From: Octopus sinensis
Lineage: Eukaryota
Length of the DNA stretch: 64,000 bases
Assembly (NCBI RefSeq): GCF_006345805.1
Contig: NW_021831989.1
Coordinates: 124,001 to 188,000 of the forward strand
Direction of reading: 5' to 3'
Position numbers and translations under genes: made by a program. Under the pieces are notes generated by a model that was given only the letters and a program-made list of their open reading frames with translations, had not been told where the DNA came from and ran no database searches. This document shows positions 12,761-25,709 of this stretch, piece after piece (position 1 is the first letter of the stretch; every line of letters begins with the position of its first letter).

Positions 12761-14362
12761 TCAAATGTCAAAGCGATATCCGGCCTTTATGGAATCAAAA
12801 ATAATAGAACATGGTACGACAGCTTTTAATTCACAAAAAAGCATAAATATTCCAGCCATTTTACGATGCAAAGAGTAAGTTTGTTCAGGAGGAGGAGTAA
12901 GTCGATTCCTCATCATAGTTGGAAGAGTTTTTGCAATACGTTTAGTTATATCCTGACCCCCAAAGTCAAACATTGGCGACCTAAGAGCTTCGGCTAGAAT
13001 CATGATTGAATCACAGTGAGCATTTTCCATAACTTCTGATTCCTCGCCTGTGAGAAAACCGATTTGACGTGAAAAAAATATAAGTTTCTTCAAGTCATTA
13101 TCCATGGCAGAATTTATCAATTTAAGATAAGTATCAACAAACGATTTTGTGTATGTTCTGGTCGCACCAAAATCCAGTAAATGAAGCTGAAAATAATTAT
13201 TTATAGCAACCTGATGAGATGATGAGTCGTAGTAGTAATTGGCCCAATTTGGATCAGACTGCATAAATCGCCAAGAATAAAGTTCGGTCAAAACTAAACG
13301 CAAAATGTTAGAACAAACCTAACGTGAATTTAAATAAAATATACTTCATTCACAAATTCTGGGGCTATTTTGTTAACAGGCTGCCCATATATCAATTCAG
13401 ATGTAATTATATGTTTTGAAGAAAGTTCATCAACTACTGCAGGGACACAAAAAAATGGATCATTGCCTAAAAGTTTTCTAAATATAAATTTTAATCAGCA
13501 AAAACTTGTATTTTCTCATACAATCAGCTTCTCGTTCATAGTCTACTTCGTCAAATAACTCTTTTCTGGCAATCTCAACTGCTCTGTCAATATATAACCC
13601 ATTTGGGAATGCATTGCTCATATTAATTATAGTCATCAAATTTTTAATATCACTATCTATACTTTTATCCACCCCCGCATACTACTGTTACTACTATATG
13701 ATATACTTGGACTTTTACTGCCACTTCCCTTCCATCGGTTAAAACTCCTCTGTGGACTTGTCCTATGGAGGCTGCCGCGAATGGTTTACTTTCAAATTTA
13801 ATAAACATATCCCTCCACTTTGTTCCCAATTCGTTTTCTAAAACTTTCTGAAATATATCTAAAGAATTGAACTTTTAATTGTGAGGGAGGCATATGATCT
13901 GCATTATCTCTGACTCGTTCAAATATCTTTCTTAGTTGTGGATCTACAATTGAAGAGTCTTTATATTGACAAAACAAAAAAAACCTTGAATGCTCAAAAA
14001 TTGTGCAAGTTTAAGTGAAGCCCCTCTTATTTTGCACAAAGAATCAACAACTCTTTCAATGTTTGACGGAGAGAGAAATGCACTTTTAATATTGTTTGCA
14101 TCTATAGGAAAGTAATTAGAGATTATAACCTTCCTTGCCCTGAATATTCCTCTTAATTACTTCTGAAACGGTTCCTATTCCTAATCCGGCAACAAGTCCT
14201 ATTAAATAAAAGAGCTCATATTCACCTCCAAAATTTACTAGTCTTCCTATGCGAGTCGAAGGAACGCGTTGTTCACGAGATCGGTTAGATAACTATGCAA
14301 GTAATTATTTGTTTGGATTATATATATACTACCTTTTGAAGAAATTCTTTTTTGTTATCCAT
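12761..14362 (-). CDS. COQ8: Atypical kinase COQ8 (ADCK3/4), ubiquinone biosynthesis
   Basis: [95 protein letters not shown]. About eight small introns. Confidence 0.93.
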
Positions 14363-14475
14363 ACACGACGTATACAAAACTAAGAATAATTATAGTAAAT
14401 GAAATTGAATATGTTTTAATTAAATAATTTTAAATTCTCAATATTTTGTTTAAAAATTGATTATTTGTTCTGATC

Positions 14476-15189
14476 ATGCTTGCTCCATATTCTAAATATT
14501 TAGAACAAATAAATTTCTATCTCGCAAGCGGGTCTTCAACTAGAAAAGAAATTTTTGACAAAATGGTATATAATAACATAAGACTTAATTTGTAGAATTT
14601 GAAATTTACTGTCGTAAAGTCAGATTTTGACGAGGAGACGTTTAAATCTCTTGATAGTAGAACTTTTGTTTCAAAAACGGCCGAAGGAAAAGCCGATTGT
14701 TCTCTGAAGTTTATCAATCCTGGAGAAAATGACATAATTATTTCAGCCGATACAATTTTTGAGTTTGAAGGACAAATTATCGGAAAGCCGAAAGACTATC
14801 AGGATGCATTCCAGACTCTTACTAAGTTAAAATTGCGTTAAAAATTTAGATTGAGTGGAAAGTGTTGTACAGTCATTACAGGAGTCTGTATTTGCTACTT
14901 TGTAGAATCAAAGTTGATTAAGGAGATATTTACAGACGAATCATTATTGTTTTTGGGAGAGTTATCTCCTGAAGTGATTGATGAGTATATAAAGACAGGC
15001 GATCCTTTGTAATTTGTTAAAGAATGTGAATATTTTAGTGGAAAATGTGGCAGCCTTGGTGTCCAATCTGGGGCGTTGACGATGGTAAGACGAATTGAAG
15101 GAGATTTCTATAATATTGCTGGCTTTCCTGCTTATTTGTTTTGTCAGAAATTGATTACAGTAATTCAGAATAAGTTCATTAATGTTTAA
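14476..15189 (+). CDS. Maf-family dTTP/UTP pyrophosphatase (like the ASMTL N-terminal domain)
   Basis: LASGSSTRKEI, KTAEGKA, IIISADT, IIGKPKD, LSGKCCTVITGV, YIKTGDPL, G..VRRIEGDFYNIAGFP. Three introns. Confidence 0.88.
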
Positions 15190-15359
15190 TTTTCTTAATT
15201 GTATTCTCATTTTTGTGATAAAAATAATTTAATTTACATTTTTGTTTTTAATTTCTAACAAAATTCTAGTGATAGTAATACAAAATTGTTGATCTATGAA
15301 TGGAAATATAATTTATGGAAAACAATATAAAAATTAAGATCACCAACAATTTTTATTTA

Positions 15360-15490
15360 AAAGAATTAGAAACGACCCCCTCGAACTCAATCAACTTTTT
15401 GAGCGTGTCTCAATAGCAGTTCTTAGGGGGAACTGTTTCTCAATTCTCTCTGCGGGCAGTTTCTGATTGCCTTTTGTTTCTTATTTAATA
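15360..15490 (+). mobile_element. Short CRE-like 3' fragment (same family as 63145-63306)
   Basis: LFERVSIAVLRGN-type terminus and 3' UTR closely similar to 63145-63306; no clear TSD. Confidence 0.7.
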
Positions 15491-15849
15491 TTTTTTCTAA
15501 AAAATATAACTTTGTTTCATTATATATTCTCTTAGTAATATGACATGGGCAACGCGTTACGCATCTGGTTACATTTTTTGACTTTTAGACGTTAAAATAA
15601 AATTCTTTGATTATCAAAAATATTATTTTTATGCACCAATTATAAATTTTACCTGAGTTTTATATTGATTTAAAATATTATTTGTTCATGTACTCAATTA
15701 ATTTTAAAAAATTATGTTTATTAATCCTGGTGAACCTAAACTTATCGCAAGATTTTTAGCATGATTCGTTTCTTGTAATGGCTTCTTTCGTAAATAGTCC
15801 TAAAAAAGTTTTTAGCCTTAAATAATAATTATAAATGGATTTTAACAGT

Positions 15850-16140
15850 CATTGATGTTTATAGTAGGTTGATAGGTTTTCAAACAATTTATTCAGATTT
15901 TCATTTGTTAGACCACTTCTTCATAAATCTTCAAAAGAAGTATGCAACAACAAATCGCTTTACTACCTATATGGATTTTGCAAAATTTTACAATGTGATA
16001 ATGATTCAGAATTAAAGAATGTGTCTTTAGGAAACTTATGAAAAGAGTTTAACGTACTTCAGCTACATGAAAGACCAAACAATCCCTGTACACAAGGATT
16101 GTAGAACGTTTCAATCAACCATCACAAGAAAACGTTCAAA
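15850..16140 (+). mobile_element. Degenerate DDE integrase (rve) remnant
   Basis: FVRPLLHKSSKEV..ILQCDNDSELKN..RPNNPCTQG.VERFNQ across stops and frameshifts. Confidence 0.65.
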
Positions 16141-16339
16141 AATGATAGACACCGATACAGAAAAGTGGCTATAGATTTTTGAATATACAGTTTACTGTAA
16201 GGCCGTACACTCATTTTCAAATCAGAATTCTTTTGAAAGATATTACGAGATAAATTATGTTTTTAGGCAATAATCATTTTATCAGCTAAACGTGACAATT
16301 ATTATTATTAAAACCATGATCACCGTCCAAAACATAGAA

Positions 16340-17220
16340 CTAATTAATCAGGTGATCCCGGCTTCTCTGAGGAGGGTCCTCATCTTTGCCCGGTGCTGCT
16401 CCCTAGTCCTGACACAATTTCTATGAGGGCGTGGTGGTGGAGTTTTAGGGCCTGTAAGCTCATGGTTCCTTCCCAAGATTTCTTTAAATGAGGCGATGAA
16501 TAGAAGTTCATTTGGGACTTGTAGTGCTTTCCCAAATCTTTTTTTGAGTTTTTTCGATTTTTTCACGGTTCGCTTCACTGACAAACCCTCCCCACGCCTT
16601 ACAAGAATAACTAATGGAGGGTTTGATGTATTGCCGGTAGATTGATTGGCGTGTGGGGAAGCTGATCCATTGTTTGCATTTTCGAAAAAACACTTTTAAG
16701 ATGTTCAGTTTCTTCATGCAGCTAGTAATAACATTTTCAACTTGTTGGGAGAAACACATATGACTATCGTAAGTCATGTCGAGATTTTTCTGGAATTTTT
16801 TGAAGGCGATTTCCATGTTGTTTAGATATAAGTCCACCACCATTTTCCCAAGCTTTCTTACTCAAGTCAGAAGCGTAGTGAGAACTCGTTGATAGTCGAT
16901 TTATCGAAAACCAACTTTCGAGATTGTGGAGGTAGTTCTGCAGTTTTGAACTTGCCGTGTTAACCACACGGCTCCGAGAAGCAATCACAATATCGCCAGC
17001 GTATGATAGTACGATTGAGTCTTTGTCGTTTGACAGCGGGAGGTCCGATAAGAATAAGTTAAAAAGAGCTGGCGAAAGGGGTGAGCCTTGAGGGACTCCG
17101 GTTGGAAAATATCTTGATATCGATTTTGTATTGTTTTGTTGGATCCTGCCTCTTCGGGGGCTGAGGAAGTTAGCTAGCCACTTTTTCAGCCTTGGGTGAA
17201 TTTCACTAAAGTATATTTCC
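16340..17220 (-). mobile_element. LINE (I/Jockey-group-like) RT fragment, copy 1
   Basis: GVPQGSPLSPALFNLFLSDLP..YAGD (YADD in copy 2), LQNYLHNLESWF, YIKPSISY. Confidence 0.8.
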
Positions 17221-19953
17221 CTTCCTTGAGCTAAACGTGAAAATATATTTTCATAAGAATTAAATCACTTTAGAACTACCTATCAAATAAAATACATAAA
17301 CACTTTAATAAACTAACCACTTTTATAAATACAATTAGAAATAATTCTGAATATTAATTTTTAGTTTTTGTTAACTCAATCAGAGAAATCAATGGAACCC
17401 AAAAGCGTTTCATTAAATTTGTAACGAGAATCCTTTGGCTTAGAATTTAATTCTTTTAAATGAATATAAAAAACAACCCATATCCAAAAAATCAAACTGG
17501 TCTAAATGATTATCAGCCAAATTTAAAATGCACTTGACCATTTTACTGAGGAATGGGTATCGAGATTGATCCAAAAATGTACTGGAATTCATAATAAGGA
17601 TCATAAGTCGACGTGCCCGAGTCAATGCGACGTTGACTCTTCTAAAATCCGATAGAAAACCAACTGAATCTAAGCACGATTTTTTTTTACATAAACTGGA
17701 ATAATTAGATCTGACAAATGAAAGAATGATGACTTCTTTCTCCCTTCCTTGAAAAGAATCGACGCTGTTAATCTCAATATTTTCGAAATCCGAAAGCTTA
17801 TTTCTAATTTCTTTAACTTGAGCATTGTAGAAAGAAATGACTCCGATATCTTTTTGGTTAACGCCTGCATCGACCAGTTTGTGAGCGCACTTTGCTGCGA
17901 GCTTTGCTTCCTCTTTATAAAATATCTTGAATTAAACAAACCCAAATTTGATTTTGAATTTTGATTAATATTCATTTCACGGACTGAAGTACCTGTGTCC
18001 ACAAGGATAAGAGGAGATGAGGTCAATATAGTACGTCTGATCCCACTGAGATGGCTAGTGAAGTCTATGTATTTTTTGGAGTACCAGAGGAGATGTGTCT
18101 TGACGGATTCGTGAGGAATTAGTTTCCCTTCATAGAATTCATCAGAAGAGAATGACATTATCTTTAAGTTCATTCTGTACTGAATGGTTAACATTTTAAC
18201 ACGCTCGGGATATAGTTCAGCCACTCTCTCCATTATAGATATTCCAAAGCCCTCCTGTTCTGCTCTACAAAAATGTACTTAATATTACTCTTGGGAAAGG
18301 ACTGTTGGTGGCAATTGATTGAAATCACCGGCCATTATACACTTTTTGGCCAGAGGGAGTCCCACCCAGCAGATAGCTTCCAATGCCTAATTATTGGTTA
18401 AAATAAAAAGACTTGACTACACTCGTCGATTATGAACAAGTCAAATTTATATGAATGTTCGTCGTTATCGTCTATAATCTTTTTTACTTTTCCCACGCCT
18501 GCCAATGTAGTGAAAACGACGTGAGAAGACATGATTATTCGTTTACTTTCTTCTTTAATGATATCCTCCAACTCCTCCAACTCATCCTGAATATCGTAAG
18601 ATCGCTTTTTTATTTTTATCAGAAAATTACATTATTAAGAATAAAATTTTCTAAATATTCAATTTGAAAATAACGGTCACTATCCATCAGTCGACGAGAG
18701 AGCGAATTTGAAAGACCGACTTCTGACATTTTTTCTTCTTTGCCAATTCGAACAAACTTTCTATCCGGAATTTGGAGTCCACTGAATCGTCCAACAAGGT
18801 TGTCGACAGCAACATTCGAAGGTGCAGTCACGATAATCTAAAAATATTTAAAAATTCAAACGCGATTATTTTCGTCGATTAATGATTGTTGAATTATTTC
18901 AAGTATTACCGTAGACTTTCCAGTTCCCGGAGGGCCCTGGATTATTCCAAGTTTTGGCCAAGAGAGGACAAAGTTTACGACTTTTTTTTGAACAAAATTC
19001 AAATTTTTATTGAAATTTGTAAAATCTAATTAATTATTTCTCTCAAAAATTGATTAATAAATTATTCAAAAATGTTGATTAATTAACGAAATTTATTTTT
19101 TTCTCAGCAAAACAAACTTTTTATGTAATACATTTTCTTTTTGAAATAGAAAAAAACATTTTTGATAGAATACATGAATTATTTAACAAGTCTTCTAAAG
19201 CTCTAATATATAACTTTGTGGATGAATAACCTTTCCATTAACTCATAATCTGCAAAATTTGGTATTTCAGTCAAATTATATGATATTTTGGGATTGATAT
19301 ATATAATTGGTTCGGAACTGGTGAGAAAAATTGAATTAGGATTTCTGATTTCCCACAAAACAGTTTTCCCTTCAAACGTATTTTCTGAATATGAAGCAAC
19401 TTTGATCCAGTCGCCTAAATCATGTTTTAATGGAAAAAACCTTTTTTTAACTTGATCTCTGAGAGTCTTGGTCGAGAATTTTGAGCTGAAAAATGAAGCA
19501 AATTTTTGTTAGTAGAAGTCTTCTTAGCACCCAAAAAATAAACATTTTTAATCTCCTGCCCACGAAACCTACGTTCTTCTTTCTTTTCAAGTTGAACACA
19601 TTTATTCTGCCATTTTACAAACGTTTCGATTCTCGATTGTATCATTACTTATATCTAAAACAAATAAACTCAAATAATATAAAGCAATAATCGCTTTGTT
19701 TAAAAGCAGAAAACTTGTTTAAAATGTCTCTAACTATTTTAATTTAGAAATAGATTTGAGCTCTTATGTGCATTCTAATTTTAACCAATTATTAAACTTT
19801 TGGCTAAAAATGGAATTTTAATTATTCTTGAATTATTTATAATAATGTAAAGAAAAAACCGCATATACGTCTTTTACCACAATTAAATTATATTGCTTAA
19901 TGAGTTCAAGTCGGAAATTATCTGTTGTTCGAGACTACTTCAAAACTTCCCTT
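16752..19953. repeat. Segmental duplication copy 1 (copy 2 at 21992-25763)
   Basis: Colinear near-identity covering the LINE fragment, IGHMBP2 and its upstream region. Copy 1 lacks about 355 bp (22581-22935) and about 178 bp (25528-25705, TTGCTT microhomology) present in copy 2. Confidence 0.95.
17440..19645 (-). CDS. IGHMBP2: IGHMBP2/SMUBP-2 (Hcs1-like) SF1 helicase, copy a; one homopolymer frameshift near 19140
   Basis: N-terminus [17 protein letters not shown] resembles IGHMBP2; [67 protein letters not shown]. No R3H or AN1 tail. Confidence 0.88.
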
Positions 19954-21152
19954 ATAAACTTGGAATGTCTCAAAGAAAAATAGCATTATGTGTTGGAATT
20001 TCCAAGTCTACAGTTCAGATAACTATTAAAAGATATTCTACATGTTCCATAATTCAGGATAAACCTAAATCTGGAAGACCCAAGAAGTTATCTAAAAGAG
20101 ATTAACGAAATATTGTTTATCGATCAAAAATGGATCCTTCTAAAACAGCAAATCAAATTAGATCTGATCTCAATTTGTCATTATCCGTTTCTGTAGATAC
20201 GATAAAACGATGTTTAAGGTCCAATAATCTTCATGGTAGAATAATTGTAAAAAAACCGAAACTTTCAATAAGAAATTTGAAGTCAAAATTAGACTGGTGT
20301 ATTGAAAAACTTACATGGGGATTTAAAGAATGGATTAATGTAATTTTTTCAGATGAATGTTGAATTATGTTATTTCCAAATGTTAGAAGATATGTTAGAA
20401 GACCAGAAAAATGTAGAAATGAGAAAAAATATTCATCAGAAACTGTAAAGTTTTCTCCGAATATCTTGGTATGGGGTGCTATCACTGCAACTGGAAAAAG
20501 AGCATTGGTTTTAAGTAGGAAAAATGTTAATTCCAATGAATACCAAAGAATTCTCGAAGAAGGATTATAAAATATAGATTTTCAAAATATGATGTTCCAG
20601 CAAGATGGGGCCCCGTGCCACAAATCGAGATCCACCATTCAATATCTTGATCAGAAGAAAGTTAAATTACTTGAAAAGTGGCCGAGTCAGTCACCGGATT
20701 TAAACATTATTAAAAACCTCTGGTGTATACTTAAACAAAGAATACGTGAAAAAGAACCAGAAGATCTCCAGGCACTCTGGAGAATTACAAAAAAAGAATT
20801 TTATGAAATAGAAGATGCTCATATAGAAAATCTCTATAAATCACTTCCGACTAGGATGATCGATGTTGTAAAGAATAAAGGAGGTGGAGTTAATTATTAA
20901 TTATTTTTTAAATAAGATATTTTCATTGAATAAAGTGGTTTTTTTTGATTATGTTAATCACTGGTCCGGAACATATGCACGGGTCAAAATTTACTGACTG
21001 CTAAAAATTCAATATTGTAAAATTTTATGGAAAAAGAAAAAGTACAAAAGTTATTTATTCATTTAATATTAAAATTTGTCTAAGAAAGTCAAGCCGTAGC
21101 TGCCAAATATATATAGAATTGAAAAATAATTGGGTGGTCCGGAACATTTGTA
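19954..21152 (+). mobile_element. 5'-truncated Tc1 (DD34E) transposon
   Basis: GRPKKLS, FSDE, VWGAI, FQQDGAPCH, SPDLNIIKNLW (catalytic E to K) with internal stops. Right end has the repeat TGGTCCGGAACAT at about 20962 and 21135, ending at TA; no left TIR. Confidence 0.9.
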
Positions 21153-21399
21153 CAGAATAACCTCCTTTTGCCGAATAGATTTCCCAACACCTTTTTTTCA
21201 TTGACTCAATTAATTTTTCAAGTGTTTTTGTTGGAGTAGAATTTTAAATATCTAATATATTTTCCCTCAGTGCCTGAATGTTCAAATTTTTTTGCCTAAT
21301 TTGAACGTTCATGTAAATTTATAAATGCTCTATCGAAATTTAAACCCGGAGATTGCGAAGGTCATTATTAAGATAATATTTGTTATTAGAATCAAACCC

Positions 21400-21890
21400 T
21401 AAATACTAGCATAATTTTACGGTTTACATTTTATAAGCCAATACTCCTATATAACGCCAGAACTTGGGAACTTTCCGCTACAGACAATGACAACCTAGAC
21501 TCTTTCCATAGAGATCACCTCCCATGTACTCTAGCCTCCAAGTGGCATTCAAGACTGAGTAGCAAAACAGTTTATGCCAGGACATCAAGCAAACCAATCT
21601 CGCTCGAAATTACCGAATGCAGTGAGGCTGTTTGGACACATTCTAAGGATGGATTTGGATGTCCCGGCAAAAGCCGCTATGAAGGACTATTTCGAAGCTG
21701 GGGGCCATCGTTTCCGTGGGCGACCAAGAAATACTCTCCCGGGTACGCTGGATAGAGACCTAAAGAGGGCTGGTAAAGAATTGAAGGACGGGGACAATCT
21801 CGATGCACTACGGGACGTCGCCCAAGATCGCGGGAAATGGAATAAACTAATTACTCGTATTGTTTCCTATGCTGCACAAGCTTTGTCATG
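21400..21890 (+). mobile_element. RTE-like retrotransposon 3' fragment
   Basis: ILLYNARTWEL..DSFHRDHL, VRLFGHILRMD, FRGRPRNTLP, LRDVAQDRGKW. Confidence 0.75.
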
Positions 21891-22640
21891 ATCCATGGCA
21901 TCGCGAAAGTGCCTATAATAATAAATGAATAAAAGCAGAAAATATTGAATGACCAAAATTTTTGTCGAGAGGTATAAAATTTTTTAAAAACAAACACATA
22001 TGACTATCGTAAGTCACGCCGAGGTTTTTCTGGAATTTTTTGAAGGCGATTTCCATGTTGTTTAGATATAAGTCCACCACCATTTTCCCAAGCTTTCTTA
22101 CTGAAGTCAGAAGCGTAGTGACTGATTTTTCAGAACTCGTTGATAGTCGATTTATCGAAAGCCAACTTTCGAGATTGTGGAGGTAGTTCTGCAGTTTTGA
22201 ACTTGCCGTGTTAACCACACGGCTCCGAGAAGCAATCACAATATCGTCAGCGTATGATAGTACGATTGAGTCTTTGTCGTTTGACAGCGGGAGGTCAGAT
22301 AAGAATAAGTTAAAAAGAGCTGGCGAAAGGGGTGAGCCTTGAGGGACTCCGTTTGGAAAATATCTTGATATCGATTTTGTATTGTTTTGTTGGATCCTGC
22401 ATCTTCGGGGGGTAAAGAAGTTAGCTAGCCACTTTTTCAGCTTTGGGTGAATTTCACTAAGGTATATTTTCCGTGATCCCGATGCACTCCCTTCCTTAAG
22501 CTAAACGTGACAATATATTTTTATAAGAATTAAATCACTTTAGAACTACCTATCTAAGAAAATACATCAACATTTTAATATATTTTAATGATTTTGTTTT
22601 AAATTCAAATATTTATGCTATCAAAGTTGTTGTATTTAAG

Positions 22641-22720
22641 GATTATTAAAATACAGACAGCATTATTAAAATGCAGACACCACTATTAAAATGCAGACAG
22701 CACTATTAAAATACAAACAG
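22641..22720. repeat. Minisatellite, 4 x 20 bp (CAYTATTAAAATRCAGACAS)
   Basis: Direct reading; lies inside the segment missing from duplication copy 1. Confidence 0.9.
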
Positions 22721-23061
22721 ATATATTTTAAAAAGTTTAATATTGGGGTCTCCATAAGACATTACTACTCAAAAAGCCAATAGATATTTATTACAGGAAT
22801 GTCGTGCGGTAAACACTGCCAATTTTTTGAAATGTCTATCAGGATGCATTCTATTTAGGGAATAAAACCATTTTCATAAAATTGCTTTGATTTCGGAAAC
22901 AAGAGTAAAAATTGGGATTATCACTTTTGATAAACTAACCACTTTTATAAATACGATTAGAAATAATTCTGAATATTAATTTTTAGTTTTTGTTAACTCA
23001 ATCAGAGAAATCAATGGAAGCCAACAGCTTTTCATTAATTTTGTAACGAGAATCCTTTAAC

Positions 23062-25275
23062 TTAGAATTTAATTCTTTTAAATGAATATAAAAAACAACC
23101 CATATCCAAATAACCAAACTGGTCTAAATGATGATCAGCCAAATTTGAAATGCACTTGACCATTTTACCGAGGAATGGGTATCGAGATTGATGCAAAAAT
23201 GTACTGGAATTCATAATAAGGATCATAAGTCGACGTGCCCGAGTCAGTGCGACGTTGACTCTTCTAAAAACCGATAGAAAACCAACTGAATCTAAGCACG
23301 ATTATTTTTTTACATAAACTGGAATCATTAGATCTGACAAATGAAATAATGATGACTTCTTTCTCCCTTCCTTGAAAAGAATCGACGCTGTTAATCTCAA
23401 TATTTTTGAAATCCGAAAGCTTCTTTCTAATTTCTTTAACTTGAGCATTGTAGAAAGAAATGACTCCGATATCTTTTTGGTTAACGCCTGCATCGACCAG
23501 TTTGTGAGCCCACTTTGCTGCGAGATTTGCTTCCTCTTTATAAAATATTTTGAATTAAACAAACCCAAATTTGATTTTGACTTTTGATTAATATTCTTTT
23601 CACGGACTGAAGTACCTGTGTCCACAAGGATGAGAGCAGATGAGGTCAATATAGTACGTCTGATCCCACTGAGATGGCTAGTGAAGTCTATGTATTTTTT
23701 GGGTACCAGAGGAGATGTGACTTGACGGATTCGTGAGGAATTAGTTTCCCTTCATAGAATTCATCAGAAGAGAATGACATTATCTTTAAGTTCATTCTGT
23801 ACTGAATGGTTAACATTTTAACACGCTCGGGATATAGTTCAGCCACTCTCTTCATTATAGATATTCCAAAGCCCTCCTGTTCTGCTCTACAAAAATGTAC
23901 TTAATATTACTCTTGGGAGAGGACTGTTGGTGGCAATTGATTGAAATCACCAGCCATTATACACTTTCTGGCCAAGGGAGTCCCACCCAGCAGATAGCTT
24001 CCAATGCCTAATTATTGGTTATAATAAAAAGACTTGACTACACTCGTCGATTATGAACAAATCAAATTTATATAAATGTTCGTCGTTATCGTCTATAATC
24101 TTTTTTATTTTCCCACGCCTGCCAAAGTAGTGAAAACGACGTGAGAAGACTTGATTATTCGTTTATATTCTTCTTTAATGATAAACTCCAACAACTTCTT
24201 AAACTTATCCACAATATCAGAAGATCGCTTTTTTATTTTTTATCAGAAAATTACATCATTAAAAATAAGATCTTCTAAAAATTCAATTTGAGTATAACAA
24301 TCACTATCCATCAGTCGACGAGAGAGCGAATTTGAAAGACCGACTTCTAACATTTTTTCTTCTTTGCCAATTCGAACAAACTCTCTATCCGGAATTTGGA
24401 GTCCACTGAATCGTCCAACAAGGTTGTCGACAGCAACATTCGAAGGTGCTGTCACGATAATCTAAAAATATTTAAAAATTCAAACGCGATTATTTTCGTC
24501 GATTAATGATTGCTGAATTATTTCAAGTATAACCGTAGACTTCCCAGTTCCCGGAGGGCCCTGGATTATTCCAAGTTTTGGCCAAGAGAGGACAAAGTTT
24601 ACGACTTTTTTTTGAACAGAATTCAAATTTTTATTGAAATTTGTAAAATCTAATTAATTAATTATTTCTCTCAAAAATTGATTAATAAATTATTCAAAAA
24701 TGTTGATTAATTAACAAAATTTAATTTTTTTTCTCAGCAAAACAAACTTTTTATGTGATAAATTTTGTTTTTTGAATTAGAAAAAAACATTTTTGATAGA
24801 ATACATGAATTATATAACAAGTCTTCTAAAGCTCTAATATATAACTTTGATAATAACCTTTCCATTAACTTATAAACTGCAAAATTTTGTATTTCAGTCA
24901 AATTATATGATATTTTGGGATTGATATATGTAATTGGCTCGGAACTGGTAAGAAAAATTGAATAAGGATTTCTGATTTCCCACAAAACAGTTTTCCCTTT
25001 AAACGTATTTCCTGAATATGAATCAACTTTGATCAAGTCGCCTAAATCATGTTTTAATGGAAAAAACCTTTTTTTAACTTGATCTCTGAGAGTCTTGGTC
25101 GAGAATTTTGAGCTGAAAAATGAAGCAATAGTTTGCTAGCAGGAATTCTCTTAGCACCCAAAAAATAAACATTTTTAATTTCCTGCCCACAAAACCTACG
25201 CTCTTCTTCTTTCTTTTCAAGTTGAACACATTTATACTGCAATTTTACAAACGTTTTGATTCTCGATTGTATCAT
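23062..25275 (-). CDS. IGHMBP2: IGHMBP2 helicase, copy b; one homopolymer frameshift near 24110
   Basis: Same exon structure and motifs as copy a; reads GGA AAA TAA where copy a has GGA AAA GTA. Confidence 0.85.
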
Positions 25276-25709
25276 TACTTATATCTAAAACAAATAAATT
25301 CAAATAATATAAAGCAATAATCGCTTTGTTTAAAAGCAGAAAACTTGTTTAAAATGTCTCTAACTATTTTAATTTAGAAATAGATTTGAACTCTTATGTG
25401 CATTCTAATTTTAACCAATGATTAAACTTTTGGCCAAAAATGGAATTTTAATTATTCTCAATTATTTATAATTATGTAAAGAAAAAACCGCATACGTCTT
25501 TTACCACAATTAAATTATATATTGCTTCAATTTTTTTGTCTTTTTAAACGGGATTTCAATTGAAAATTTATTATAATGAATAAATTACACTAGTACTCAT
25601 GGAAAAGTAGACTTTGATTTTAAGCATTCATAATTTTAACTGCTTTCTTGGAGTTCGGAAAAATAATTTTTTTAAACAAACAAATTGTCTAATATCGGAC
25701 TTTTGCTTA

